Shown: piece by piece, positions 1-9,516 of the stretch
Numbering within the stretch: position 1 is the stretch's first letter
Layout: every line of letters begins with the position of its first letter
NCBI GenBank assembly: GCA_020057115.1
Contig: JAGVGJ010000018.1
Coordinates: forward strand, 6,067-70,066
Length of the DNA stretch: 64,000 nucleotides
DNA from: Candidatus Omnitrophota bacterium
Lineage (GTDB): Bacteria; Omnitrophota; Gorgyraeia; 2-01-FULL-45-10
Direction: 5' to 3'
The notes under the pieces: model-generated
What the model was told of the DNA's origin: nothing
The model's input: only the letters and a program-made list of their open reading frames with translations
The model's database searches: none
Position numbers and translations under genes: made by a program

Positions 1-841
<841 letters not shown>

Positions 842-843
842 TT

Positions 844-865
844 ATCCTCCGACTTCGCTCAGGAT
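844..865. repeat. Short REP-like palindrome (minus strand ATCCTGAGCGAAGTCGGAGGAT)
   Basis: ATCCT/AGGAT arms around a GAGCGAAG core, in the 43-bp gap between galT and gap. Confidence 0.5.
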
Positions 866-869
866 TTTA

Positions 870-1880
870 TTATTTTCTTTCTATATTTACGCTCAATAAA
901 TTGGCCGCAGCGATATGCGGCGGTACCGGATTGATGTAGAACCCGCTGCCCCATTCAAAACCGGCGACCTTCGTCAACTTCGGCATTATCTCTATATGCC
1001 AGTGGAAATCTTCCCTATCGTGCCCTTCTATGGGCGAGGTATGTATGATGAAATTATACGGCGGGTCAGAAAGCAGTTTCTTTATCCGCGCCAGAGAATC
1101 TCTCATGGCCCTGGCAAGACAACCTACAGAGTCCCTCTCGAGACCCGTAAAGTCCGCGCTATGCCTCTTGGGTAATACCCATACCTCGTAAGGAAATCTC
1201 GAAACATAAGGACAGAATGCCAAAAACCTCTCGTCCTCGTATATTATGCGTTCCTTCTCTTCCTTCTCTTGCCGTATTATATCACAAAATATGCATCTTT
1301 CCTTATAATCATAATATTTTGTCGCGCCCTCCAGCTCTTCCTGGACTCGCTTGGGCACTATAGGCAGCGCTATCAGCTGGCTGTGCGCATGCTCCAGGGA
1401 AGCCCCTGCGATCTTGCCGTAGTTCTTGAATATAAGGATATATTTGAAGCGCTTGTCCTGCTTTAAGTCAAGCGACCTCGAAAGATACGCCCATACTACG
1501 TCCTCCATCTCGACATACGAGAAGTCAGCCATATCCTTATAATGGTCCGGCGACTCCACGATTATCTCATGCGCGCCGACGCCGCTCATCATGTCAAAGA
1601 CGCCATCGCCTTCCTTGGTGATCTCTCCCTCGACCCTGAGCGCCGGATATTTGTTAGGCACGACCCGGACGCTCCAACCCGGGGTATTCGGCCCTCCCTG
1701 CTTCCTGTGGGCCGTTATCTCGTGCGGCGTCAGATCCTCCTTGCCGTAACAGAAAGGGCAGTCGTCTTTACCGTTCTTCTTAGGCTGCTCGGCTGCCTTT
1801 AAGGAGGAAGGCGCAGGTATCTTGTCCAGAAAAGTTATTATCCACCTGCCCGTGATCGGATCGCATCTAAGTTCATTCAT
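870..1880 (-). CDS. galT: GalT-family nucleotidyltransferase (galactose-1-phosphate uridylyltransferase / ADP-glucose phosphorylase-like), catalytic motif intact
   Basis: ELRxDP N-terminus, CPFC, VVPNKYP, GASLEHAHSQL (HxHxQ), CIFC, HWHIEI, AGFEWGSG. Confidence 0.92.
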   Translation of the reverse strand: MNELRCDPITGRWIITFLDKIPAPSSLKAAEQPKKNGKDDCPFCYGKEDLTPHEITAHRKQGGPNTPGWSVRVVPNKYPALRVEGEITKEGDGVFDMMSGVGAHEIIVESPDHYKDMADFSYVEMEDVVWAYLSRSLDLKQDKRFKYILIFKNYGKIAGASLEHAHSQLIALPIVPKRVQEELEGATKYYDYKERCIFCDIIRQEKEEKERIIYEDERFLAFCPYVSRFPYEVWVLPKRHSADFTGLERDSVGCLARAMRDSLARIKKLLSDPPYNFIIHTSPIEGHDREDFHWHIEIMPKLTKVAGFEWGSGFYINPVPPHIAAANLLSVNIERK

Positions 1881-1885
1881 GGATA

Positions 1886-2920
1886 TCAGGCCTTAATCTC
1901 GTTCAGCATCCTGGCCGCGTCTTCGGGCGGGACAGGATTTATATAGAACCCGCTCCCCCATTCGAATCCGGCCACTCTTGTCAATATCGGCAGTATCTCA
2001 AAATGCCAATGATAATCGTGATCTATCGTCTCCCAGTAGTGTTTTTTGTTCGACTCTCTCCTAAAAGGCGCCGTATGCAGCACGATGTTATACGGAAAGT
2101 CCCCGAGCACCTTCTTCATCCTGGCGAGGACGTCCCTCATGACAAACCCAAGATCCGGCACTTCACCCCTGCTCATCCTGTAAAAATCGCACGAATGCTT
2201 CTTGGGCATGATCCATGTCTCGAAAGGAAAGCGCGACGCGTAATGCGCCATCGCCACAAAATGCTTAGACTCGGAGATCACCCGCTTTCCGGAGGCCATC
2301 TCCTGCTTCATCATGTCGCAAAATATGCACCTCTCCTTATAATCATAGTAGGCCTTGGCGCCCTCGAGCTCCTCTTTCACGCGCTTTAAGTTGACGGGCG
2401 TGCCTATTAGCTGGGATCTGGCGTGCTTTATATGCCCGCCGCCGGCGGCCTTGCCGTAATTCTTAAAAAAAAGGACATATTTTATCCTATTATCTCTTTC
2501 AAGGTCCGCGATCCTGTCTAACGAGACATTTATGACCTTCGAGATCTGCTCGGCGTTCAAGCCAAAATCGTCTGTATGCCTCGGCGACTCTACCACTATT
2601 TCATGGGCGCCTCTTGCGCTCATGAGGTCATACATGCCGTGGCCATGCCTGTCGAGGTCTCCCTCGATCTGCAGGACAGGCGTGATGCTTGGTATTACGC
2701 GCACTTCCCATCCGGGTCCATTGGGCCTGGTCCCATGCTTTCTTAAGGCATATATCTCCGGCGCGGTCATCGACTCATTGCCTTCGCAGAACGGGCATTT
2801 TTCGCCGGGAGACATCGCCTCTTCTTCGGCTATATCCTTGAACTGGTCGGGCCTCGCGGCCCTTTCGGTGGATATTATAACCCACCTTCCTATAACCGGA
2901 TCTCGTCTCAGTTCAGCCAT
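1886..2920 (-). CDS. GalT-family paralog with the nucleophile His replaced by Arg (HARSQ), probable pseudoenzyme
   Basis: Collinear with the neighbour (ELRRDP, CPFC, GAHEIVVESP, CIFC, HWHFEI, AGFEWGSG), but the motif reads KHARSQL. Confidence 0.9.
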   Translation of the reverse strand: MAELRRDPVIGRWVIISTERAARPDQFKDIAEEEAMSPGEKCPFCEGNESMTAPEIYALRKHGTRPNGPGWEVRVIPSITPVLQIEGDLDRHGHGMYDLMSARGAHEIVVESPRHTDDFGLNAEQISKVINVSLDRIADLERDNRIKYVLFFKNYGKAAGGGHIKHARSQLIGTPVNLKRVKEELEGAKAYYDYKERCIFCDMMKQEMASGKRVISESKHFVAMAHYASRFPFETWIMPKKHSCDFYRMSRGEVPDLGFVMRDVLARMKKVLGDFPYNIVLHTAPFRRESNKKHYWETIDHDYHWHFEILPILTRVAGFEWGSGFYINPVPPEDAARMLNEIKA

Positions 2921-4227
2921 TACATCCTGCCTTTTAAAAATACGAGGAAATCGCTCGGATTTATGACGCCGAGGATATTGCCGAACTCATCCTTTACTAT
3001 GATAAGCTCGCCCTTCCTTGCGGCGACTTTGTCAAGAGCATGTTTTAGCGACATCTCAGGGCCCACTGCGATGAATTTTCTCTGCATGACCTGGGTGACA
3101 GACGAGTCGAGCTCCTTCATGAGGCCTTCCGGTATCTTGAAAAGGACCTCTTTGTTTATGCTCTTGAGTTTCTCTTTAACGAATTCATAGAATTCTATTA
3201 TCGATATCCTCTTGTAGCTTATGGCCATGGGCTGGAAAGGCCGCCCCTCGATAAAATTAAAATGCGTTTCGATCGTCGACTGCCCGGACTCGGCATCTAT
3301 CGTCAATAAGTATCTTAAGGAACTATCCGGTATATCATCGACTTTGGTCTCCGGTATGGCGGCCAGATACGCAAGCTCGCAGGCATTGACCTCGGTAAGG
3401 TCGAGGAACTTGTAATTCTCTTCTATGTGTCTTGCCAGGGCATTGTCCTGGTCCGTGTAATTCGGGACATACTTCTCAAAAGTATCTATGGCATCTGCCA
3501 TAAATACCCCCAGGGCCACGTCTGCGCTATATAAGATCCCGCTTGTCACTATCGCCGCGTCATCCGACTGGCCGGGCCCTACATGATGGCGGATATAGAG
3601 GTGTTTGATATGTTTGCGGTCATGCTTCATCGCTTTTATGTCTTCCACTATGAGGCCACAGTCCCTGAAAAAGTCGATCCTGTCCTCATTCTCGTGGTGC
3701 GCCAGATCTTCCGCATCGAGGCCCATCTCATCCATTATCCTGGCATTGACGAGATAGCACTTCCCGTATCCTATATTGATCTTATATAACTGCTGTGTCC
3801 TCTTCCTTATTTCCGGATTGTCCCTCAGGCCGCCCAGATAGAGCCCCCTCAATATATCGTGATAATTTACGGTGCGGTCCTTAAAGAATGGTATCCCAAG
3901 AAGCGGCTGCCCCTTCTTGGTGACCAGCCTGTCCCGCGGGTTCTCCGATATGGCGCTATCCACATATTCGAAGATCTCGTCTATCAGGTCCTGCCTCTTT
4001 GCCTTGGTAACCTTCGGGCTCCTGCCGAGGGCTCTCACGACATCGTCTACCGTGGTATTGACATAGGTACGCTTGTTGAAGATGCCGGCGCCATTGTGGG
4101 CCCTGCCCTCTATGGACTGCATGAAGATAAGCTCTTCTATCTTGGGGGATGTGAAGAGCCTTTCGGAGGTCTTCAGATTGCGGAAATCATGCTGTATAAG
4201 TTCTTTTGGAGCTATCTTTTTAGACAT
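2920..4227 (-). CDS. Hypothetical protein: unrecognised ~370-aa N-terminal domain plus one C-terminal CBS-like domain
   Basis: 435-aa ORF with TAATG coupling to the next gene. C-terminus VTQVMQRKFIAVGPEMSLKHALDKV...IIVKDEFGNILGVINPSDF fits CBS. Confidence 0.8.
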   Translation of the reverse strand: MSKKIAPKELIQHDFRNLKTSERLFTSPKIEELIFMQSIEGRAHNGAGIFNKRTYVNTTVDDVVRALGRSPKVTKAKRQDLIDEIFEYVDSAISENPRDRLVTKKGQPLLGIPFFKDRTVNYHDILRGLYLGGLRDNPEIRKRTQQLYKINIGYGKCYLVNARIMDEMGLDAEDLAHHENEDRIDFFRDCGLIVEDIKAMKHDRKHIKHLYIRHHVGPGQSDDAAIVTSGILYSADVALGVFMADAIDTFEKYVPNYTDQDNALARHIEENYKFLDLTEVNACELAYLAAIPETKVDDIPDSSLRYLLTIDAESGQSTIETHFNFIEGRPFQPMAISYKRISIIEFYEFVKEKLKSINKEVLFKIPEGLMKELDSSVTQVMQRKFIAVGPEMSLKHALDKVAARKGELIIVKDEFGNILGVINPSDFLVFLKGRM

Positions 4228-4238
4228 AATATTGAAAA

Positions 4239-4266
4239 ATTATACCACTAGGGCCTATTTATGCAA
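4239..4266 (-). promoter_or_regulatory. Sigma70-type promoter for the CBS protein-galT'-galT-gap operon
   Basis: Minus strand TTGCAT (4266-4261), 16 nt, TATAAT (4244-4239), with extended -10 TG. ATG lies only 11 nt after the -10. Confidence 0.65.
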
Positions 4267-5206
4267 GAGATTTTAAGATCATGCCTTTTTGGATGGGATG
4301 GCCGCGGAGGAATGCATCCGCATCGAGTATCTTTTTGCCCTCTATCTGGAGATATTGGACCAATAAACATCCCGAGCCTGTCTTTACGGCAATACCGCTG
4401 CCCTTGACGATGTTAACGACCTCTCCCGTCTTCGCGGTCCTGGCCGCAGGGTATTCACAGGGCTCGGCCTTCCATATCTTGAGCAGCTTCCCGTCAAGAT
4501 ATGTATAAGCGCTCGGCCACGGGATGAGGCCGCGCACCTTATTAGCGATCTTCTCCGCGCCCTCGGCCCAGTCTATAAGGCCGTCTTCCTTCTTGAGCCT
4601 TGGCGCGAATGTCACTTCACCCTCTTCCTGCCTTACGAAACGCTCCTTCTTGGCGCCTATAAGCTCGATCGCTTCAAGCGCGGCTTTAGCTCCTATCTCC
4701 GCAAGTTTCTCATTTATCGTAATAGCGGTATCATCACTCTCGATAGGTATCTCTTTCTTCAGGATGATATTCCCGGCATCCATCTCCTCATTCATCTTGA
4801 TGATGGTGACGCCCGTCTTCACCTCTCCGCTGGTTATAGCCCAATTGACCGGCGCGGCGCCGCGATATTTCGGTAATAACGAGCTATGGATATTTATCGA
4901 ATAGTATTTGGGTATGGAGAGTATGTCGTATTTTAATATCTGGCCGAAGGCGACCACCACGAAGAGGTCCGCGCCTATCTTGCCGAGCATCTCCTGCGAC
5001 TCTTTAGACGAGGCATTCTCCGGCTGTAAGACGCGAATGCCTTCGGAAATGGCAAGCGCCTTGACCGGAGAAGGCATGAGCTTAAGGCTCCTGCCCTTCT
5101 TCTTGTCTGGCTGGGTCACGACAAGCGGTATATCGTGCCCGGACTTCAGAAGTTCCTTAAGTATGACTTCCGCGAATTCGGATGTGCCGAAAAATACTAT
5201 CTTCAC
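4259..5206 (-). CDS. fmt: Methionyl-tRNA formyltransferase
   Basis: KIVFFGTSEFA, VVTQPDKKKGR, NIHSSLLPKYRGAAP, MDAG. Likely GTG start at 5206 (the ORF track extends to 5248 inside the upstream gene). Confidence 0.95.
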   Translation of the reverse strand: MKIVFFGTSEFAEVILKELLKSGHDIPLVVTQPDKKKGRSLKLMPSPVKALAISEGIRVLQPENASSKESQEMLGKIGADLFVVVAFGQILKYDILSIPKYYSINIHSSLLPKYRGAAPVNWAITSGEVKTGVTIIKMNEEMDAGNIILKKEIPIESDDTAITINEKLAEIGAKAALEAIELIGAKKERFVRQEEGEVTFAPRLKKEDGLIDWAEGAEKIANKVRGLIPWPSAYTYLDGKLLKIWKAEPCEYPAARTAKTGEVVNIVKGSGIAVKTGSGCLLVQYLQIEGKKILDADAFLRGHPIQKGMILKSLA

Positions 5207-5226
5207 AGGAGGCGCCTTTGTTAAAT

Positions 5227-7320
5227 TTAAGAGGAGCGTTTTAAACAAGCGTAAGAAGCCGCATACAATAGAAAGACCAATATAAGCAGCGCCTTAACGC
5301 CGGTAATGTAAGAGACGGATTCCAGGAGCCCGCCTACAACCGCCCCGATAAGATTCGAGCCAAGGGCTGCGTCCTTCACCTGCGCTTTGTCGAAGCTCAT
5401 TATGAATATAATGCCGGCAAAAAATATGGGCAGGTTAAGGAGCGTTGCGCCGAGTATGGATTTTGTCCAATATCCGAACATGTTCAACGCACCCAGCGGT
5501 ATCATATATACCGTCACCACCGAAAGAAATAGCAGTAGGTAGATGATCTTAATATCCTTGACCTTGACAAAATATACGAACAGGTTGGCTGCCAGAATAA
5601 GCAAGAGTATCGCTGATATTATATACGAATTGACGATCCACGTGGATCCGAAAAGCAGGTTGGCCTTGCTGATGTTCTGGAACTCTAGCAGCAGGAAAGC
5701 GCACCCGAGGAAAAAGAAATGCAAATTTATCTTTGCACCCTGGGAGCCCATCAGGACCTTGTAAACGACGAACAGCATGCACAGGATGGCCGCAGAGACC
5801 AGCAGATAGAGCCTTGGGATCATGGGCTTTTGAATATATAGGTAAGGCCAATCGTCTGTGGTCAATCTGGTGGTACCGGGAAAACCGGCCTGGGCATTTT
5901 TTATGTATTCCATCAGGTCCGGCTGCGATTCGGCGTGCCTTCTTATGCCATCGGGATCATTGCCCGTGACGAACATCACTCCGGCATAATTAAGGGTTGC
6001 GTCGGAGACCGTAAAAGCGTAAGGCACTTCTCCGAAAGTCTTCTTCAGAAGGCCATATATCCTGTCGCCTACCCATAACCTGTCCGGCACCACGTAGAAA
6101 GTCAGTGTAAATACGCCGTCGTCTTTCAAGCGCGCCTTCGCTTCGCGCATGCTCTCCTGGGTATAAACATAATCATCCAGCCTCATATTGTTAAAATTTG
6201 AGGATATCCTGTGGGAGTCCAGAACGCCGAAACTTATAACATCGTATTTCTCTTTCGATTTTTTTAGGAAGGCTCTGGCGTCATCGATAATGATACGGAC
6301 CCTCTTGTCGTCGTAAGGTTTTTCTGGATGCCAGCTGCGTCCTATCTTATATATCCCCTCGTCTATTTCTACGCCGTCCACTATTCCGGCCCCGGACCGC
6401 AATGCTCCGGAGGCATCATTGCCTCCTCCTGCCCCAACCAGCAGGACCGCATCTCTTTTATCGGTAAATTGGTATGGCAATTCATACGTGTTGAATTTCC
6501 TTTTACTAACGTCATATATCTGCGGAGGATATTTTTTGACGAATCCTTCTGACTGGTCCAATAGTGTCATGTAACCGACATTATTGACCTTCAGGACATA
6601 CCCGTTCCTGATGAACGAAAAGTTCGCCAAGGCATTCTCATAAAGCTCTAATTTCTGATATGGGCTCCAGACGGTCAGGATCGAGGACCGCGGCGTGCAG
6701 GTAACGAGGACCGCGGCGATGAGCGCCGCTACTGCAATGATCATATCCTTCCTGTTGCGCGGTACAAAGAATAACAGCGTCGCTATTGAAAAAGCAAACC
6801 ATAGCCAGGGCTGAGTCGAAAAGAAGGAGCATAGATTGAAGGCCCAGATGCCCGCCAGGCTGGCCAGTATATTGACCGAATACCCGATCACAACATTTCC
6901 GTATTCATCGAAGATCCTGCCCAGTATCTGGCCGAGCGGGATAAAAGCAACCAGGATCATCGCAAAGAACGACATTGTAAGCAGGGTGCCATAAAAGACC
7001 ATGGCGGCACCGCCTGTCTTAAACGCGCTGTACCACACCACTGAATCAGAAAACCCGCTCAGAACATCCGTGATCCTTAAGAACGGCTCTGACTGAGACG
7101 CGAGCGCAATAACGAAAAGCATGCCTATCGTTATCGATACATTCGCAGGCTTCTTGGCGTAATAACAACCAAGGCCTATCCCCAGAAAGCAGGCAAGCAG
7201 CGCGAGGTTGCTTAAATACGCGAATATCCTGACCTCCGTAGATATCCACCTTATCAGGAATATCTCGATGAAGAGCATGACAAAACTGACAATAAACAAC
7301 CTGATATTCTTTCCGTTCAT
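5227..7320 (-). CDS. Multi-pass membrane protein with a central spermidine-synthase-like / class I SAM-binding domain
   Basis: Hydrophobic N- and C-terminal blocks, WSPYQK, LLVGAGGGNDA, VEID, DDAR, TTDDWPYLY. Confidence 0.8.
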   Translation of the reverse strand: MNGKNIRLFIVSFVMLFIEIFLIRWISTEVRIFAYLSNLALLACFLGIGLGCYYAKKPANVSITIGMLFVIALASQSEPFLRITDVLSGFSDSVVWYSAFKTGGAAMVFYGTLLTMSFFAMILVAFIPLGQILGRIFDEYGNVVIGYSVNILASLAGIWAFNLCSFFSTQPWLWFAFSIATLLFFVPRNRKDMIIAVAALIAAVLVTCTPRSSILTVWSPYQKLELYENALANFSFIRNGYVLKVNNVGYMTLLDQSEGFVKKYPPQIYDVSKRKFNTYELPYQFTDKRDAVLLVGAGGGNDASGALRSGAGIVDGVEIDEGIYKIGRSWHPEKPYDDKRVRIIIDDARAFLKKSKEKYDVISFGVLDSHRISSNFNNMRLDDYVYTQESMREAKARLKDDGVFTLTFYVVPDRLWVGDRIYGLLKKTFGEVPYAFTVSDATLNYAGVMFVTGNDPDGIRRHAESQPDLMEYIKNAQAGFPGTTRLTTDDWPYLYIQKPMIPRLYLLVSAAILCMLFVVYKVLMGSQGAKINLHFFFLGCAFLLLEFQNISKANLLFGSTWIVNSYIISAILLLILAANLFVYFVKVKDIKIIYLLLFLSVVTVYMIPLGALNMFGYWTKSILGATLLNLPIFFAGIIFIMSFDKAQVKDAALGSNLIGAVVGGLLESVSYITGVKALLILVFLLYAASYACLKRSS

Positions 7321-9068
7321 CGGCTCATCCCCCCTAACAATTTCTCAAATTCCGGGTTCCTCGGCTGGCCTAAAGATACGCCCTTCTGGTAATATTTAGC
7401 TGCAAGCGCCCGGTCCCCTGACTCCAAATATAGCTGGGCCAGAAGGGAATAAGCCAGGGCGAAATCCGGGTTCACCTCTATGGCCTTATTGAAGAACTTT
7501 GCCGCTTCATTTCTATTTCCTGATATCTTATGGACAAGTCCCATATTGCTATAGACCCCCGCATTGTTAGGGGCGAGTTCGGCAGATCTAGCATAATATG
7601 CAAGCGCTTCATCGGTCCTTCCCATCACTACGGCTACATTGCCTAGATTCAGATACCCCAGGGCAAAGTTCGGTTTGATCTCAACGGACTTCCTGTATAA
7701 AGCAAACGCGTCGTCATACTTCCCCATCTTGAAATAGACATTGCCGAGGTTATTGTGAGCGCCTGTATACATAGGATCGAGCTCTATCGCGCGCTTAAAA
7801 TACGGCACGGCATCGGCGTCGCGGCCTGCACTGCAAAGGGCATCGCCCAGGTTATCGTAGAGCTTGGGGTTCCAGTTGATGTACTTCACAGTCCTCTCAT
7901 AAAAAGAAACGGGGTTATTCCAATATTCATTCTGCTTCAATGTAATGAATGAATAGAATGATATCAGGGTCGCCGTAATGACGGCTGCGGCGAGGTAAAG
8001 CTTCTTCTTTTCTCCGAGCCAAGTTATGGCCTTCGCCATTAACATGAAAAGCCCTATGCACGGAAGATACAGCCAGTGCTCCGCCATGTAGGCGTTTATG
8101 GGATAGATGTTGGCTACTGGAAAAAGCGTAATCAAAAACCATGCTATCGAAAAGAATGTCAGGCTGGACCTGCGCTTTATTACAAGAAGCGCGAGTATCG
8201 CTATAAATATGAAAATGCCCGTTATTGCGGCAGGGTTATTCCACGGGAATACCGGCGCGCCATATTCTACATGAAGATCGAAAGGCCAGAATAAGATCCT
8301 CGCGTATCCGGTCATGGCTACGAAGAACCCGGGAAGCCTTTCGAGCACTGTCGTGTGTATGGGCAGGTTCTGTATCAGGAATTTCAGCGCCGTCACTCGC
8401 AAGATTATATAAAGGACCGACATACCGAGTATCGGAAGGAAGAGCTTCGGCTTCATCTTCTCTTTTAAAGTATAGTGATAGAGAAGGAACAATAGCGGCA
8501 TTATCATGCAGTTCTCCCTGGCGAGGATAGCCAGGATATAACTTGCGATCATAAAGCCGAATTGCACGGCGTCATCTTTCCGCGTCTGTTTGATATAGAA
8601 GATGAACGTGAAGAGGAAGAATATAAGAGACAGAGGGTCTGACCTTCCCGATATATAGCATATCGCCTCGGTATGCATGGGATGCGCCACGAACAACAGG
8701 CCTGTGATCAGGGAAAGAAGCGGATGACTGAACAGGACCGAGACGAACCAGTATACGGCGATAGCCGCGAGGACATGCAGGATTACATTGGTCAGGTGGT
8801 AGCCGAGCGTCTTCAAGCCCCATATAGAATAATCTGCCATGTAGCTAATCATCTGAAGGGGCCTGTAGAATGAATACGGCTGGTCGGCGCCCGAGCCTAT
8901 ATCCTGGGTGAATACCTTAGGCAGATTCGTCCAGCTCTTCACATACGAGTTATCCTTGACGAGAAATTTATCGTCGTAGATGAACTTGCCGTTCAAGGAA
9001 GGCGCGTAGATGAGAAAACCGAGAACGGCGATCAATATTATAGATATAACAGCTATCTTCTTGTCCAT
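7317..9068 (-). CDS. TMTC-like GT-C membrane glycosyltransferase with C-terminal TPR repeats
   Basis: FIYDD, FYRPL, HLTNVILH, HPMHTEA..YISGR, AEHWLYLP, then TPRs (YDNLGDAL, HNNLGNVY, YLNLGNV, YSNMGLV). Confidence 0.88.
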   Translation of the reverse strand: MDKKIAVISIILIAVLGFLIYAPSLNGKFIYDDKFLVKDNSYVKSWTNLPKVFTQDIGSGADQPYSFYRPLQMISYMADYSIWGLKTLGYHLTNVILHVLAAIAVYWFVSVLFSHPLLSLITGLLFVAHPMHTEAICYISGRSDPLSLIFFLFTFIFYIKQTRKDDAVQFGFMIASYILAILARENCMIMPLLFLLYHYTLKEKMKPKLFLPILGMSVLYIILRVTALKFLIQNLPIHTTVLERLPGFFVAMTGYARILFWPFDLHVEYGAPVFPWNNPAAITGIFIFIAILALLVIKRRSSLTFFSIAWFLITLFPVANIYPINAYMAEHWLYLPCIGLFMLMAKAITWLGEKKKLYLAAAVITATLISFYSFITLKQNEYWNNPVSFYERTVKYINWNPKLYDNLGDALCSAGRDADAVPYFKRAIELDPMYTGAHNNLGNVYFKMGKYDDAFALYRKSVEIKPNFALGYLNLGNVAVVMGRTDEALAYYARSAELAPNNAGVYSNMGLVHKISGNRNEAAKFFNKAIEVNPDFALAYSLLAQLYLESGDRALAAKYYQKGVSLGQPRNPEFEKLLGGMSR

Positions 9069-9078
9069 ATTGGATAAT

Positions 9079-9087
9079 ATTTTATCA
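9079..9087 (-). promoter_or_regulatory. Possible extended -10 promoter (TGATAAAAT) just upstream of the TMTC-like gene
   Basis: Minus strand TG-A-TAAAAT ends 10 nt before ATG 9068. No clear -35 or SD. Confidence 0.4.
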
Positions 9088-9125
9088 TAGAATCGCGAAA
9101 GGTGGAAATTTTTCGGGCCTCATTC

Positions 9126-9325
9126 ATGGCGGACCTTTTGGGGTAGGTCTGTCGCTTGACGTTCGTTCGGATTAGCCATCCTCACTCACTCCGGAAAAAT
9201 TTTGATGGCCGGCCAACCCGGACTATCTGGAAAGCTCTTGACAGGTTTGTCCGGCCTTTCTAAACCGGCATAAGGTATCAAAATTTTTCAACGGCCACTC
9301 CAGACCTACCCCAGCGGTCCGCCAT
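9126..9325. repeat. Structured intergenic element A: nested inverted repeats, ~200 nt
   Basis: ATGGCGGACC-ttt-TGGGGTAGGTCTG (9126-9151) pairs with CAGACCTACCCCA-gc-GGTCCGCCAT (9301-9325). Inner perfect 13-bp GAAAAATTTTGAT (9194-9206) pairs with ATCAAAATTTTTC (9277-9289). Confidence 0.85.
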
Positions 9326-9381
9326 CGCGTGAAACCGAAAGCATGACTTTAATGAGTGCTCTTGGAGCGAAGCGATTTGAT

Positions 9382-9511
9382 GCCCTCGAGGGGTGGGGTG
9401 TTCTGGAGCGACGTTGAATGTTGCGATTTTTCAACGAAAATCGCAACCTTCCGAGCGAACTTTCCTCTGGAAAGTGAGCGTTCGCGCAAGGACACTCCAC
9501 CCCGAGAGGGC
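9382..9511. repeat. Structured intergenic element B: multi-branched fold-back, ~130 nt
   Basis: GCCCTC-GA-GGGGTGGGGTGTTCT (9382-9404) pairs with AGGACACTCCACCCC-GA-GAGGGC (9489-9511). Inner hairpins GTTGCGATTTT/AAAATCGCAAC and ACTTTCC/GGAAAGT. Confidence 0.85.
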
Positions 9512-9516
9512 TCACG

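Noticed and set aside
1886-2920. Pseudogene call for the second galT
   Set aside because: The ORF is full length with no frameshift, its structural and metal motifs are intact, and it is translationally coupled to its upstream gene.
4259-5206. Sugar N-formyltransferase (ArnA-like) belonging to the glycan locus
   Set aside because: It has the TQPD..GR loop and C-terminal domain typical of Met-tRNA formyltransferase, and it lies near priA.
9126-9325. Calling element A a 6S RNA, tmRNA or RNase P RNA
   Set aside because: The size fits 6S, but the bubble is very asymmetric (about 42 vs 11 nt) and I see no diagnostic conserved sequence. It is left as an unassigned structured element pending an Rfam scan.
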